DNA of 64,000 bases. It comes from Callorhinchus milii (Eukaryota). Below are positions 38,641 to 51,408 of this stretch, piece after piece (the stretch's first letter is position 1; every line of letters begins with the position of its first letter). The notes under the pieces are model-generated. The model did not search any database. It saw nothing but the letters and a program-made list of their open reading frames with translations, and was not told where the DNA came from. Made by a program: the position numbers and the translations under genes. Location: contig NW_024704743.1 of NCBI RefSeq assembly GCF_018977255.1, positions 52,702,001 to 52,766,000 on the forward strand. The letters are read 5' to 3'.

Positions 38641-39772
38641 ATTAATATAGGTTTGACCTCTCTTTCCATGTTAGGAGACTGGTATGAAGAAAGGGTGGAT
38701 GTGGCAATGAGAGATATAATTTTCAATGCTGTAAAGTGCTTGTAAAGTGCCAGACAATTAAATTATTTGAATTAAAATTATATTGAATTTCTTTGCAAAA
38801 TCCTTGAGAAAGATTAAGCCAAAGACATCAAAGTTTGGGATGTGACAATTTATTTATAAAATACAGCACAATTTATATTTATATAGTGCCTTTCACATCA
38901 GGAGGATGCCTTAAAGCACTTCACACTACTGGGATTGGCATGCCTGTCTGTCTATTAATATTAAATCAGTGTTTGGCTTGATCATTCATCTTGTCGTTGT
39001 TTGTGGAATATTGTTGGTGCAGATTAACTGGTGCATTTACCTACAAAGCAACAATAACTACACATCAAATTAATTAATTGTTCTTTGAAGCATTTCTACA
39101 TGACGGGGCACTAATTCAAATGCAAGTTTTTTTTATTAACTGAGCATTATTAATTTGCTGGGTCTTGCTTTGGACAGTGGGAGAAGCACCGCCTTTGACA
39201 ATTCTACTGTCACTGCTGATCTGTGAAATATATTTTTGGTGACATTAATTCCAATAAAATAAATGGAAACAGAAAGGAGAGATACACCTGTTGGATGCAG
39301 CATAATCTTTAGAACCATACAGTTATACTGTATTGCACTCTGGCAGGTCAGAGAAATAAACATATAAATAAACTATGTATTTATTTAGTATGTTGTATAT
39401 TTTATGATATTAAAATAACATGGGGAATCATCCAAACAATACATTCTAAATTTTTGAGCTTATATTTCCAGAATAAGAGTGGAGAAAGACCTGGACACTG
39501 TAAAACAATTAAGTATGATCCAATGTTTATGTATTGTACTTTTTACTTTGTATCATGGTCAGGCCGGGTATTTAAAGACGTTTAACCACAAGTTAAATTG
39601 ATTCCCACCACTCATCCTCTTTGCTCTTCAGAGACGCAATACATTGGAAATGGCACTGTGCTAAACCTAAGATTTGCTTTGAAAGGAGATTGTAAAATTC
39701 ATGATATTTTGGAGGGATTCTTTAATCCTTTTAAGGTGAAAAATCTTGTTGCTGAGGAATGAAATACTTTCC

Positions 39773-40505
39773 CCTGGGCCAGATTAAGGAATCAGGGAGG
39801 GATGGGGGAGGCCAAACCAGATAACCAGATTATATTTGAGGGACCTTTGAATTATGCACACAAAATATACAACAATACCTTTTTTAAAATACTTTCTTGC
39901 ATGACATCATAGTTGCAAATATGTCAACTACATGATGAAAATTTAGTGTGTGGCAAATCATGCTCGGTTGACATGATGTAGGTACAATCAACCTATCCTG
40001 GATCAGATGAGTGAGTTTTTGATGAGACTCATCTTTGAGAATGAGCATTTACCCTCACAGACTGAATAGGTCGCGTTAAGAATATACGAAGAGCAACTGC
40101 TACTTTTGGAAATGTTGATTTGACCATATGATTCTGGTTCATATACTTCAGCATTTCTCAGGGAGTTTTCTCACACTCAATATTTGATATGAAATCCAGA
40201 AAGTGCACAAATTCATCAACACCGTCTGCAATAAAAAAAATCAGCGCCACTAAGATGAGCTCCACGGCTGCTAGATATGGCTTCAACTTTCCACGCTGTC
40301 TCTGACTTCCTGCTGTGCCTCTCTTCCCATCGCTCTCCTCACTGCCTCATATGAAGCAGATATGAGGCAGCGTGGAGAGCAACGGAAGAGAGGTGCAGCC
40401 GATGGGTAAAGGCCTTAAAACATATCCAAGGCTCCTCAGACCTCAGGGCCCCCCTCAAACCTTGGGGTATCCCAGAACTATATTTTGTTACTCTAGTCCA
40501 GCAAT
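39773..40505 (-). mobile_element. Decayed, internally deleted hAT-superfamily DNA transposon retaining the transposase C-terminal dimerisation domain (about 39884-40230)
   Basis: - strand, with frameshifts, reads STFPKVAVALRIFLTRP / CEGKCSFSKMSLIKN / MSTEHDL / LNFHHVVDIFATMMSCKKVF*. This matches the hATC pattern FP..ALRI.LT.P....ERSFS....IKN. Element ends are tentative (CTGGGCCAGATTAAGG at 39773; GGGCCCC motifs). Confidence 0.7.
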
Positions 40506-40899
40506 CTACTATTACTGTACCCCAACACTATATTCTTACTTTACCCCAAACCTATCTTGTTACTTGATCCCAACATGGTGCCATCACTCTGCACTATCAG
40601 TGGAATGTATTTCCTAAGTTACTAAACCATGCATAAACACATGTATACAGAGGATAATAGACACAGACAACAGTAATTCCCATTGCAGCTCTTTGAGACA
40701 TTTTGGCATCATAAGCACTATATTAAATACAAGGATTATTATTATTATGTATCTAAAATGCTCGTTTAATATAACATTATTGCTAGCCATAAATATCAGT
40801 AATGCCAGGAAGGTATTCTGACACAATAGAGTGAAATATGCAGCATTTTACAATACAGGTGATGTAGCCACATTGCCTGTGTTATGAAAGGTTATATAT

Positions 40900-41170
40900 T
40901 TCATTCCAGTGAGCCATAGCCCTCCCCTCTTGCACCAGTGTGATAGTTCCACTGGCACACCATATCCTGGTGGCCTCTGAGTGACTTTACCCAATTAGTG
41001 CTGAATGACGGCTGTTTTCTCCCATGGGCTCACATCCACAGAGTAGTGGAATGAAACTGCCCAAACTTGTTAGTAAGGACCCTTAGCAGCTGTCAGAAAA
41101 AGAATTTTGTCTCATTTGTATGAATTAGATTCAAAGGCAGTTCATAGAGGTGAAAGGGCCATTTTCTAGG
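40900..41170 (-). mobile_element. LF-SINE-like relic
   Basis: - strand contains CCTTTCACCTCTA, CTGACAGCTG and GCACTAATTGG in the order I recall from the LF-SINE consensus. Confidence 0.5.
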
Positions 41171-41329
41171 CTCATTTTTAAATCCATTGAATTTGCAAAT
41201 TCAGTCTAAACATCATATTATTTCTATGTACGTGACAAAGGACATCATTTGCCTGTTCATGATTTTAAAATGCAAATGAATTTTGAACAGGAATTAGATA
41301 TGTGAATTTCTTTTCTCAAATGATTGTTA

Positions 41330-41690
41330 GCTTTTGGAATTTATTCCCACAAGTGTTTATTGAGGCTTGCTCAACAGAATTGTTCCGTCCTTTGTTCAAT
41401 ACTTTGTTTGCCCACAAAGTATACAGTCAATTCATTTTACAGTATATTCTGTGAAGCGCTTTCAGACGTCTCAAAGAAGTGATAAGGCTCTATATCATAT
41501 TCAAGGACTATTATTTATTATGATTCAAAAGTGAACTGGATAAGCACTTGAGCAGTAAAAAATATTAAGGGATGCAGGAGAGAGCTGGAAAGTGGGTTAA
41601 TAAAAAAAAGGACAGTTTGGAAATTAGACAGTCGTGGCACAGGCATAATGGACCAAATTGTCCCCCTTTGTGCAGAAAATGTCTGCAACT
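41330..41690 (+). mobile_element. Old CR1 3' end interrupted by a SINE 3' fragment (about 41405-41521)
   Basis: tttggaatttattcccacaag ... attcaaaagtgaactggataagcacttg ... atggaccaaattg flanking a SINE tail. Confidence 0.6.
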
Positions 41691-43549
41691 AAAATGCTTC
41701 AGTTATTAGAGTTAGAGATCAGTATAGTGGACAGAGAAATGGCAGTTCTGGCAGCAAGTGTTAGTTTTGCTGACTGGTGTTGAGATCTTTCGAAGCTCTG
41801 GAAAGCCACCTTTTTAAGATGGTCACCTGCAGAGGTATCAGCATTGCTGCCAAAGTCCTTGTGAGGTAAATGGGGAATAGATTTTTATAATTTTACAACT
41901 AAATCTCACCACCATCCAATATTTAAATTCCAGGTGAAGGGAGGGATTGCTTTTGCTGAATTTCAACATGGAATGTTTTGCTCCAACTGATAAACATAAA
42001 CTGTTTCGGATTCAAAATTATGGCAGTCTTCATTGGATCAGGCAGATTTTTAGAACCAGAACATGGATGCCTTGACCTGAGATCTGTCAATGGGAAAACT
42101 GGCTATTATCTATATGAAACAGTCAGAGTATTAACGTTCACTTTGAGCTATACCATTTAACTAAATGTCACCAAGTCTTTATTCCTTTTATCTCCAAAGT
42201 AATTGCTTGGAGGTTCAAAACATCGTAGTACTGTACAGTACCAGAGACTCTAGTTTTTTTTAAACACAATAAAATAATACTAATAATAATTACTTCCTGT
42301 TTAAAATGTGGTTTTGAAAAGGGACAGGCCAAATGGAGGGCTCACAGTTGTACTTTATTTAACATTTTTCTCCTGTAATTCCTGACAGAAGCATTGCTGC
42401 CCAAATGGTTAACTAGAACTCTTCTCCATCAATCGCTTCCTATTTTTGAGACTGTCTGTTGTTCTATAAGCAGTTCCACAAAGAAGGAATGAAGGGCAGG
42501 AGTGTATTGTGGGGCCATAGTACGTCTGAAATGTTTGATAATATTTTAAGCACATTACAAACGCCATATAATCCTGAAATCAATTTTATTAGCTGTTCCT
42601 GACAACAAATCAACATTTTGGACATTAAAACACAGAGTGGGCCATATAATGCAATAATAAAAGGATGGAGTTCTTTAATTGGTCATAAAACGCTGTATAA
42701 TTCAGTAGAAAGCGAGTGAACAATTCAATTTGAAGGGCTGGGTCATATATTAATAAACGACCACTGCTCTTTACTGTCAACATTTTGACAATATTTTTCT
42801 TCAGTTGGTTCTGGTTTCAGTTATCTGAAGACTCTCAGCCTTTTTTGTTTGGAAATGCATACAAGCCTTCTCAGTGATGTGACTGAGTGCTTCTGCCTTG
42901 AATTTACTGAGCAATTTACTGGCAAAACTGTGGCCCGCTCTCATTTTACAGATAGTGGGTTAAGATCACCATTTAATGAGATCACCCGAAAATTTATACT
43001 GGAAATTAGCATGAGCCGCACACATTATTCTTGGGAACTGGAGAGTTTATAGCAACATTATACATTGCAGGGAATGCACTATCACTAGGTTTGCCTGCTT
43101 AGCAGTGGCATGATACCAAATGATAAATCATTGGAGCCATTTGTTGTCAGCTTTTGTGGCAGATGTTGGATGGTGAGGAAGACTGAATAACGGCGCCGGT
43201 AGAATGGTGGGTGATAGCTGTAAGAATTTTTTTCGCAACATTTGCACCCCTTTCACCTCCTTTATTGTGAGCAGGATGGTAACCTCAATTGTGTCTGCAA
43301 TACAGGGTGTAGCACAACATCCTTTTCCGTTATATGCATTGTGCATCCATTTTGTCCAGATATTTCGGGGTATTAGCTCCACTTTACGTGGACTAAGGTG
43401 TTCAGACTGCCTGCTCCACAACTGGGAAGTAGAATTGTAAAGGAACAGGCTATCAAATCCAAGGATTATTATTTATTATTATCCGAGTCACATTAGGCTG
43501 CAATGGCCTTCAACACAGACAGTGCCACCCAAAGTCAATATACAGGTTT

Positions 43550-43930
43550 GTCAGTCTGGCTCAGTGGTAGCACTCTCGTCTCTGAGTCAGCAGGTTGTGG
43601 GTTCAAAACACACGTTGGGTCCTGAACTCACATTGTTTGGATTGGAGGTGCCATACTTCGGATGAGACATTAAACCGAGGTCCCATCTGTTCAGGTGGAC
43701 GTTAAAGATCCTATGGCACTTTTCGAATAAAAAAGGGAGTTTCTCAACAATCCTCCAAATAATTTTGACATGTGTTTCATGGCTGTTTGTGGAACATTTC
43801 TGTGTGCAATTGTGCTGCCATGTTTGCTTACAAATACGTAGTCATTCCATTTCACAGTAAATCCTGTGAGGCGCTTTGAGATGTCCTTCTGACGTGATGA
43901 GGCATTACATCAAATGCAAGAATTATTATT
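43550..43930 (+). mobile_element. Deu-core SINE (SacSINE1/AmnSINE1-like), near full length
   Basis: TGGCTCAGTGGTAGCAC box A, GGGTTCAA box B, core CTTCGGATGAGACATTAAACCGAGGTCCC..CAGGTGGACGTTAAAGATCCTATGGCAC, (TAT)n tail. Confidence 0.85.
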
Positions 43931-44660
43931 AATGTTATGACAGCCAGGAGGAATCCTATATTTTTAGATACCAGTGGCATCTTGTATTTTTCACCGAATA
44001 AGCCATCTTTATCAAATGAAAAATATTCTGAAAATTAATCTCTTCTGTTACCTTCTTCATTTGTGCGTGTGCTACTGTAGCAATGGACTTGTGAAGGTGG
44101 AGGTATTCAATAGTTATCTGATCCCAGCAAAGGGAATGCTGGAGTACAATAAATAAAGTTTTCAAAGGAGCACACACTTCTCAAACTAGGGAGGGAAAGG
44201 ACAGCCAGGATTCTCACTTAGCATTTTGTGGGGCTTCCTGATGATTTAGTGGGTAAATGCATTGCCTGATGTGATACTGAACAATGCAGTCCAGGAAAAT
44301 TCTTAGTTCAGTCCAAATCTCTGCTGAATTAGTCACAAACTTCTAAAGTGGTATTACCTAGGAATTATATCTAAACTGTAAGAGCAAAGTTAGAGTAGTA
44401 TACTGCATGGGCTTAGAACACAGGGTAACCTGAAATTACCTTCTTCTATCCATTATAATAAAATAATATTTCAGTTTGCAGTGAAAGTTTTCTGGGTTTA
44501 TTATTTTGGCTTTGGATCTATGTTTGGAAGGTTTTGACAAGTTTAATGTTGGCAGTCAGTGTGTTTTTTTAACACATTAAGTCATTGCAGTGTGTTGAAT
44601 GAATCTGCTTCTCTCCCGTCCACAATAGGAATAGGAATAAAAATGAAAATGAGAAGATTT

Positions 44661-45289
44661 AATCGAGTCAACGCCCCGTAATAATCTCAATAGTCCGGTT
44701 CCTGAGTCACGCATGTCCACAGTACTCCAGCATTATGCTGATGACAAATCATTAGCCTGGCTACCAGCAGGACTAGGAGGTGCAAAACAGTGACTGTGAT
44801 TCTTCTCACTGGACCGCTGTCAAGCCTGTAAGCCAAAGCTGTAACAGGTAGGGTGGTCCTTGCTGGACAAACAACAGGAAAGCCTGCCAGACTGTGCTCT
44901 CAATGGGAAGGTATGCAGTTTTAACTGGTTAAACTCCAGCTACACCCCAATGGACATACCCAAACCTTGGCTCTCACTATTCTGTGCCTAATGTCTGTCT
45001 GGAATTACAACAACAAGAACAACAACAACAGATTTATATAGCGCCCTCCTTGCCGGACGGCGTCTCAAAGTGCTTCACAGTAACGGATCCCGGGGGCAAG
45101 CCAGGGGGAGGCGGAGGATTAGGTAAGTGAGGTGTGTCCTTCCAGGAAGAGAGTGCACATTCCATTCCAGATATAGGGAAATTTCATGTGTAGGTGAAGT
45201 ACATATATGGAACTTTCAGTCTCGTCTAAATAGTCAAGCATGGTAATGGATTTGCGCATGTATCATTTACCTGATTGACCAAAAAGAAA
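44661..45289 (+). mobile_element. Unassigned retroposon-like repeat, copy D, interrupted by a - strand L2-type tail (about 45008-45115)
   Basis: Same blocks; ends TTGACC-AAAAAGAAA. Confidence 0.8.
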
Positions 45290-45810
45290 GTCTGTTCCTC
45301 TTAGCTATCTCAGCTAGGGCAGCAGTATGGACATTACATTTGGCCACTGTACTCTCTGAGATAGGGAGGGAAAAATTCAGCCAGCGTTCCCCTCTCTATC
45401 TGTCTTAAAATCCTGCATAAAAATATACCTCTTCAACCACACATAAGGTCAACACTGACTACCACATGTTGCTTTATCAGCATGGACTTGAATGCAGAAG
45501 TGCAAGGCTGGCAAAAAAAAGATAGGGTTGTATGCTTACCTAAGGTAGCCAGACACAACACATTGCATTATTATAAAGATAACATAATTTCTCTTTCTCT
45601 CTCTTTCTCTCCTCCTCCACATCACCAGGTAGGGAGCCACATTTTCAGTATTCCTAAAAACATTCCACCCTTTAATTGAGGAAAATGTTGAACATTTTTT
45701 TATAAATACATCCTTTCCTGTTGATTCTCCTACAGTGATATAAATATGTGATTCATTGAACAATTCTTTTACAAGTGCAGTGTAGGGTTATAGATAGGAA
45801 GACAGAAAGA

Positions 45811-46410
45811 TTTTTTTCATCAGCTAGGTGTCTGACATATGCAGGAACCCATTACCATGCTTAAGAGCATACAAACCAAGCTGATGTTTCCATGCATCCC
45901 ACATAGACATGAAAATTCCAGAGATAGATTGTTGGAATGGAATGAGCACTCTCTCCCTGGAGAGATGCATCCTGCTTATCTAATTCCGGAAAGTAGGCAA
46001 GAGCCAAGGTGCGGATCCCAGAGTGTGCAATGGAGGTATTGCTGGAGCTCACTAGCTAACAATCACATAGTTTGCCATTGATATTGCAGGCAAGCTTTCC
46101 CACGACTTGTCCAGCTACCCATTAGGGCTTTGGCTTGCAAGGTTAACAGGAGCTGAGTGGGATGACTCTCTTCCCCCAGTTACTGGCCTGCCCTTCCAGG
46201 TATTGCCAATGAGCCAGTTTACATAAAAACATACGAAATGCTAGACGAAAAAAGACCAAGTGTCTTTAGGCTGGCTGTGCTGTCACCAGCAGTGCCCTGC
46301 AATACTGCGGACCTGCCTGACTCAGGAACCAGACTATCGAGACCGCCACAGACGGCTGACTCGATTCCGACATTCTATTACAAGGCATATCACCTTGGAG
46401 GCAATTCAGC
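45811..46410 (-). mobile_element. Unassigned retroposon-like repeat, copy E (inverted)
   Basis: Reverse complement of the shared blocks (GGAATGGAATGAGCACTCTCTCCCTGGAG, GCGGACCTGCCTGACTCAGGAACC). A short CR1-tail-like insert lies at about 46220-46264. Confidence 0.8.
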
Positions 46411-46417
46411 TCTAACA

Positions 46418-46830
46418 AATTCAACAACCACAACAAGTTACATTTATATAGCGCCTTAACATTGGAAGGATGCCCCAAGGCGCTGGACAGTTAAACAATT
46501 GCACCAGAGATAGGGGCTGGAATCAAGAGGAGTGGAGCGCAGGGATGGGAAGATGACCAAAGACATGGTCAAAGAGGGAGGTCTTGAGACAAGCCTTGTA
46601 GGAGCTATGGGAGGGGCGAGGGATTCAGGGGAAGGATTCCGGGATGGAGTTCCAGAGGGTGGGGGCAGAAAAATTGAAGGCCCAACTGCCAATGGTGGGG
46701 CAGGCAGAGCGGGGGACATAGAACAGGCCAGAGCCCGCTGAATGGAGGGAGCGAACAGGTTGGTATGGTGTTAAAAGGTCACAGGGAGGAGTAAGACTAT
46801 GGAGGGCTTTAAAAGTGAGGAAGAGAATAA
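46418..46830 (-). mobile_element. L2 LINE 3' fragment
   Basis: (CAA)n tail with ATTTATATAGCGCC; body similar to 29858-30150. Confidence 0.8.
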
Positions 46831-46894
46831 ATTCATTCTTTAATTGAACACCATTTACATTTGCTTATAAATATCCTAATTCTCCACCTCTGAA

Positions 46895-47287
46895 TGATGA
46901 TGATAATAATAATAAGAATACTTGCATTTGATATAGCACCTTATCATGTCATCGAGATGTCTCAAAGCGCTTCACAAAATATAATGCAAAGTGTATATTT
47001 TGTGGGAGAAATGTGGCAGCCAATTGTGCATAGGAGTGTCCCGCATACAGCTGTGGATTGAATGACCAAATTATTATCATTTTTTAAATTTATTTTTGTT
47101 TTGAAGGGATTATTATCCCAGGAAAAGTGATCCGCCAATCAAAACAACCAGATTTCTACATATTGCTTGGTAAACAGAGGCATGTGGAGTAAGGAAACTC
47201 GCCTAATGTTTTGCCCTGTCCAGGAATCGAACCCAGGTCCTCTCGCTTGCGAGACGAGTGCTTTAACCACTGAGCTACAGCTACAGC
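46895..47287 (-). mobile_element. tRNA(Ala)-like SINE, full length, long subtype
   Basis: GGAATCGAACCCAGG and TAACCACTGAGCTACAG are reverse-complement boxes B and A; (AAT)n tail. Confidence 0.9.
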
Positions 47288-47774
47288 TGAAAATGCTTAC
47301 AATCGTCATCTTGGATTACTGCCTTTTGGGGCCTCTGTTTGCTGAGCAGGAGCAGCCTTTAGGTGCCACTTTACAGCATATTAATTTAGTTAAGTCTTTT
47401 TATCCTGTGAAATGATTTTGAAAATCTGCAATTTGAGTTCCAAAACTGCAATAGAAGTGACGAAAACACATTAAGGAACAGGTCAGCTAAACCTGTGTAG
47501 TTGCACCTGCCAACATTGCCACTTATCTTTAGACATTCCTCAATTAAGTAATGGAATGTGTTCAGGAAAAAGTGCAAATATCACCGTATCTGGTGTGTAT
47601 TATAATTGATAACAGGTGAATTTAAGCAAATGTTATCCAATCTTGGAATTCATTCTGTCAGTTCAGTCCAATTCCTAACCTGTTTGACTGGATTGCTGCC
47701 TTTCAATTTACTTTTGGAATCATTTTATTTGTTTAAAATCCAATTTCTCTGTATCATGTTCTCTGTATACCTTC

Positions 47775-48232
47775 AAATACCGGGGATGAGTGGTTTGGCC
47801 TATGATTAGAGACTGGAGGAACTGGGACTTTTTATGCTAGAACAAAGAAGGCTGAGAGGTGACTTGAAGTCTTTAAGCTTCTGAGCGTTTTTGATAGAGC
47901 CAATAGGGACAAATTATTTCCACTGGTCGGTGAGTCAGGAACTGGATGGCATTAATTTAAGATAGTTAGCAAACAAGCAAGTCGGGAGGTGAGGAAAATA
48001 TTTTTATACACAGAGTAGTTAGGAGTATTTCTTAAGCGCTGAGATGCTACCCTGCGTGGAGGGCACTATATAAGTGCAAGTTGTTGTTGTTGTTGATATG
48101 CAATACCTTGCTGCAAGCAGAGGTTGAAGTAGAATCCATATTGAGCTTCAAGATGGAACTGGACAAACACCTTAAAAAGAGTCACCTGCATGATGGACTG
48201 ACTGGCCTTCTCCTGTATCATAAATTTCTATC
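47775..48232 (+). mobile_element. CR1 3' fragment with a nested L2-type tail (about 48030-48095)
   Basis: LEELGLFMLEQRRLRGDL-type CR1 C-terminal coding remnant; nested GCACTATATAAGTGCAA(GTT)n. Confidence 0.75.
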
Positions 48233-49859
48233 ATAGTTGCAGATAGTGCTCACAAGTAGGACAATCAGAGTAAATCCTAGCCTCACTCTATAATTTAATT
48301 AAAATATGAAAAGATGCAAGTTTTTATATCCCTTCACAGTCACACATTATGCTCCAGTTTCCAAGCCTGTTATCACCTTCCTCTTAAAAATGGTACTCCT
48401 ATCTTCAAGAAAAAAATGTTTGGCGAACCCTATCTACGTCATCGTCGAATGCAATTTCAAAACAAAGAAGATGTTTGCCAAATGCTTTTCCCATGAAGTA
48501 TGTGCCCTTTAATACAGCCAGCTCTGTGGATTGTAGCAGAATGTTTGAGAATTTTAAGCTGCATCTCCTCAGCCAGGTGCTGAAGTGTTGCCCTCTCAGT
48601 TTCCAAGCTGTTCTCACCAAGGTTTGGAGATGCTACAGAGTACAGACAAGCTCACTCATTTCAGATAAGATTAGAAATTGCTTGGGAAAGCAATTGGAAA
48701 TGTCACAGGACATATTTTCCTGATAGTCTTGTACCTATGTTGTCTCCTGTTTTGTGTTGTGTCTTATGTGTAAGCCAGCCTTGGGCAGAAACCCATCAGT
48801 AACATGTTTTTCAGATTAATTGTGGTATCCTATATCAATATATTTTAATATAAAAAAAAGGCCCGTTAACAATTGGCAGTTTGATCACCAAAAGAAACCC
48901 CGAATCTGACACAAATATCATTTCAGGTATCCAGTGAGCCATCGTAAGCAACTGACTGTCTAATGTGTGCATTGGTACATAGTATAGTCTGGTTTCCATT
49001 TGTCTCATTATGGTAGTGAATATTGGAACGGTGGTTTTACAGGTTCAATCATACCATGTGGTTTACATCAATTTCATTTCTTGTCACAATGGAACAGCCT
49101 CTGAAACTTGACTGGAATTTAGATGTGCAATTTGGTTTAAAAGAAGCAGTGGGAGGCATTCCTCGAGAAGACAGTGTTACAACACTTTTGCTTCCCAGTA
49201 TGACTCTAGAACCACATTAGCTGAGGCAAAACATTCATATTGATGCTGACCCCTTGGATTAAAATTAGCTTGCACACACTGCATAACCAGTGGTCTGAAT
49301 AGAGATCTGAAAATGCACAACTATTCACCTTGTTTAAGGAGAGCATGATGCATAGCGGCAACAAACAGTAGCCACCAGTTTGCAAGTACAGTACTGATTT
49401 GATACAATGCTTATGGTATACTGAACCATTAATAATCCACCATTTTTAGCAACACTTACATAGTTGAGTATCTCTTCAGAGTTCTCTGGATATGACAGAG
49501 AAGTGAATTAACATCGAAACATCTGCATTTTGCATTGCGAATGTAAGGTCCACCCTCAGCTCATATGTTTCACAAGGGACAATCACATAATGTGTCTTTT
49601 TCTGTTTTCTTGGCATTTTATTGGGAAAGCCCTCCACCTTTACAGCAGCTGCATTCTGCATCTGCCAGGCCACCCTGCTTTGTGAAAGTCTATTTTGAGA
49701 GGTTTCGTCTACCCTCCTTTCCCACATTGCTACTGACAGCCTTTTTTTTTGGTCAGCTGAGTGTCTGACACATGCGGAAACCCATCATCGTGCTTAAGAG
49801 TATTCCAAACTGTACTGAGAATTCCACATATATATGCCACCTTCAAATCGAAATGTACA

Positions 49860-50040
49860 CATTCAAAAAAAAACGGAAACATGGTTGAGGGAGAATAACG
49901 TTGAAGGATATGGGGGAAAAGGTTGGAATATGACGCTAGGGATAAAATCTAGGCCGGGCATTTGTGTGGAGTATAAACACTGGGTAACAGGATTGGGCAA
50001 ATGCCCTGTTTCTGAGCTGCACTTTCTATGAATCTCTATG
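49860..50040 (+). mobile_element. CR1 3' end
   Basis: gaaggatatgggg ... gggcaaatgccctgtttctgagctg ... ttctatgaatctctatg. Confidence 0.6.
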
Positions 50041-51099
50041 CAGTGAAACAACACTGGCCCAGAAAACCACAAAGATTGACAGCACAGAAGAAGGCCATTC
50101 AACCCGTCATGTTTGTGTTGACTCTGACAGAGTAATCCATCCAGTCCATTCATCCTTTAAGTCCTTACATATGCCTACCTGTAAGTTGCCATTGTACTTT
50201 AGATTTCCTATCTGCAAGACACTAAGAACTTTTGAGAATTCCTCCTCCCTTCAATGTTGTTATACTATCTACCTGGTAGTGCTGCAGGGACAGGTGTGAG
50301 ATCATATTATAGACCATTCATGCCAAAGTGCAATAACTAAGCCTCCTGTAAACCTGTGTAAACATGCAAAATAAAAGAAAAGGAATACACTTTAGCACTG
50401 CTCACAAAACATTTTTGCTCTGGCCTTTTCTAAGTTTCCATCATTGCTCTGCGCGAAAAAATATTGAGATATTACCATACAGCAAGTCCATCTTAAAGTA
50501 AGCACAGGCAGACCTCCAGTTCTGTTTGGTGCTGTGCCATCAGTAGTTCAGGAGGAAAGCTTAATGTTGGGGCACTGCAAACGTCAGGAGGGTGAGCACA
50601 TGCCAAAAGAATTTGTTGTGGTGAAATAAATACCTAAAATAAACTATAAACACCATTTTTAAAATGCTGTTAAAAGATAGAAGAAAAGGTATGTAGAAAA
50701 CAGACTGCTCTCCCTATCCCAAAAGAAGTTCTCATTCACCCATAGTCCTTTATGTCAGGTACTGATTTCACAACACAGCTTGCTCACCCACCTGCCACTT
50801 GCACTGGATCCACATTAAGCTTCAAAACAAAATATAACAGTAATTCTTGCAAATTGAACAATAGGATGACATCTCAGAATTTTTCACAGGATTTACTGTA
50901 GAGCAGCGGCGGAGATAATAGAGGGATGACTGCCCCCTCCCGCCGGCAGATTTAGATGTATGTACGGCACCTTTACTTCCTGCTGCCTTGTGCTTTTACA
51001 ACCTTGTGAGAGGCAATGCAGAGAGCGATGGAAGGTAGCCCCAATAACAGCCCATCGCCCCCTTTGTGGTAAACCTGGCTCTGCCACTGCTGTGAAGTG

Positions 51100-51408
51100 G
51101 AATGGCTGTTTATTTTCTAAGTGAATGCATCAGCAATGTCCCACAAACAACTATGAAATTTTATTTGGGCAATTGTTGGCCAGGACACTTTTACTTATTG
51201 AATGGTGCCATAGGATCTTTAACATCCACGTGAGGAGGCAAATAGCGCCTCCGTTTAACATCTCATCTGAAGGACTACACCTCCAGTAATGCAGCACTTG
51301 TACTGGAGTGTTATCCTAGACTATATGAGTTCCAAGTCCTGATATGGGATTTGAAGCCACAACCTTCTGATTCAGAGGCAAGAGTGCTACCAACTGAGCC
51401 AGGCTGAC
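51100..51408 (-). mobile_element. Deu-core SINE
   Basis: GTGCCATAGGATCTTTAACATCCAC, CGTTTAACATCTCATCTGAAGG, GTGCTACCAACTGAGCCAGGCTGAC. Confidence 0.8.

Noticed and set aside
43128..43440. Overlapping 97-aa and 78-aa ORFs next to a bare SINE tail
   Set aside because: No recognisable domain; the lengths are compatible with chance.
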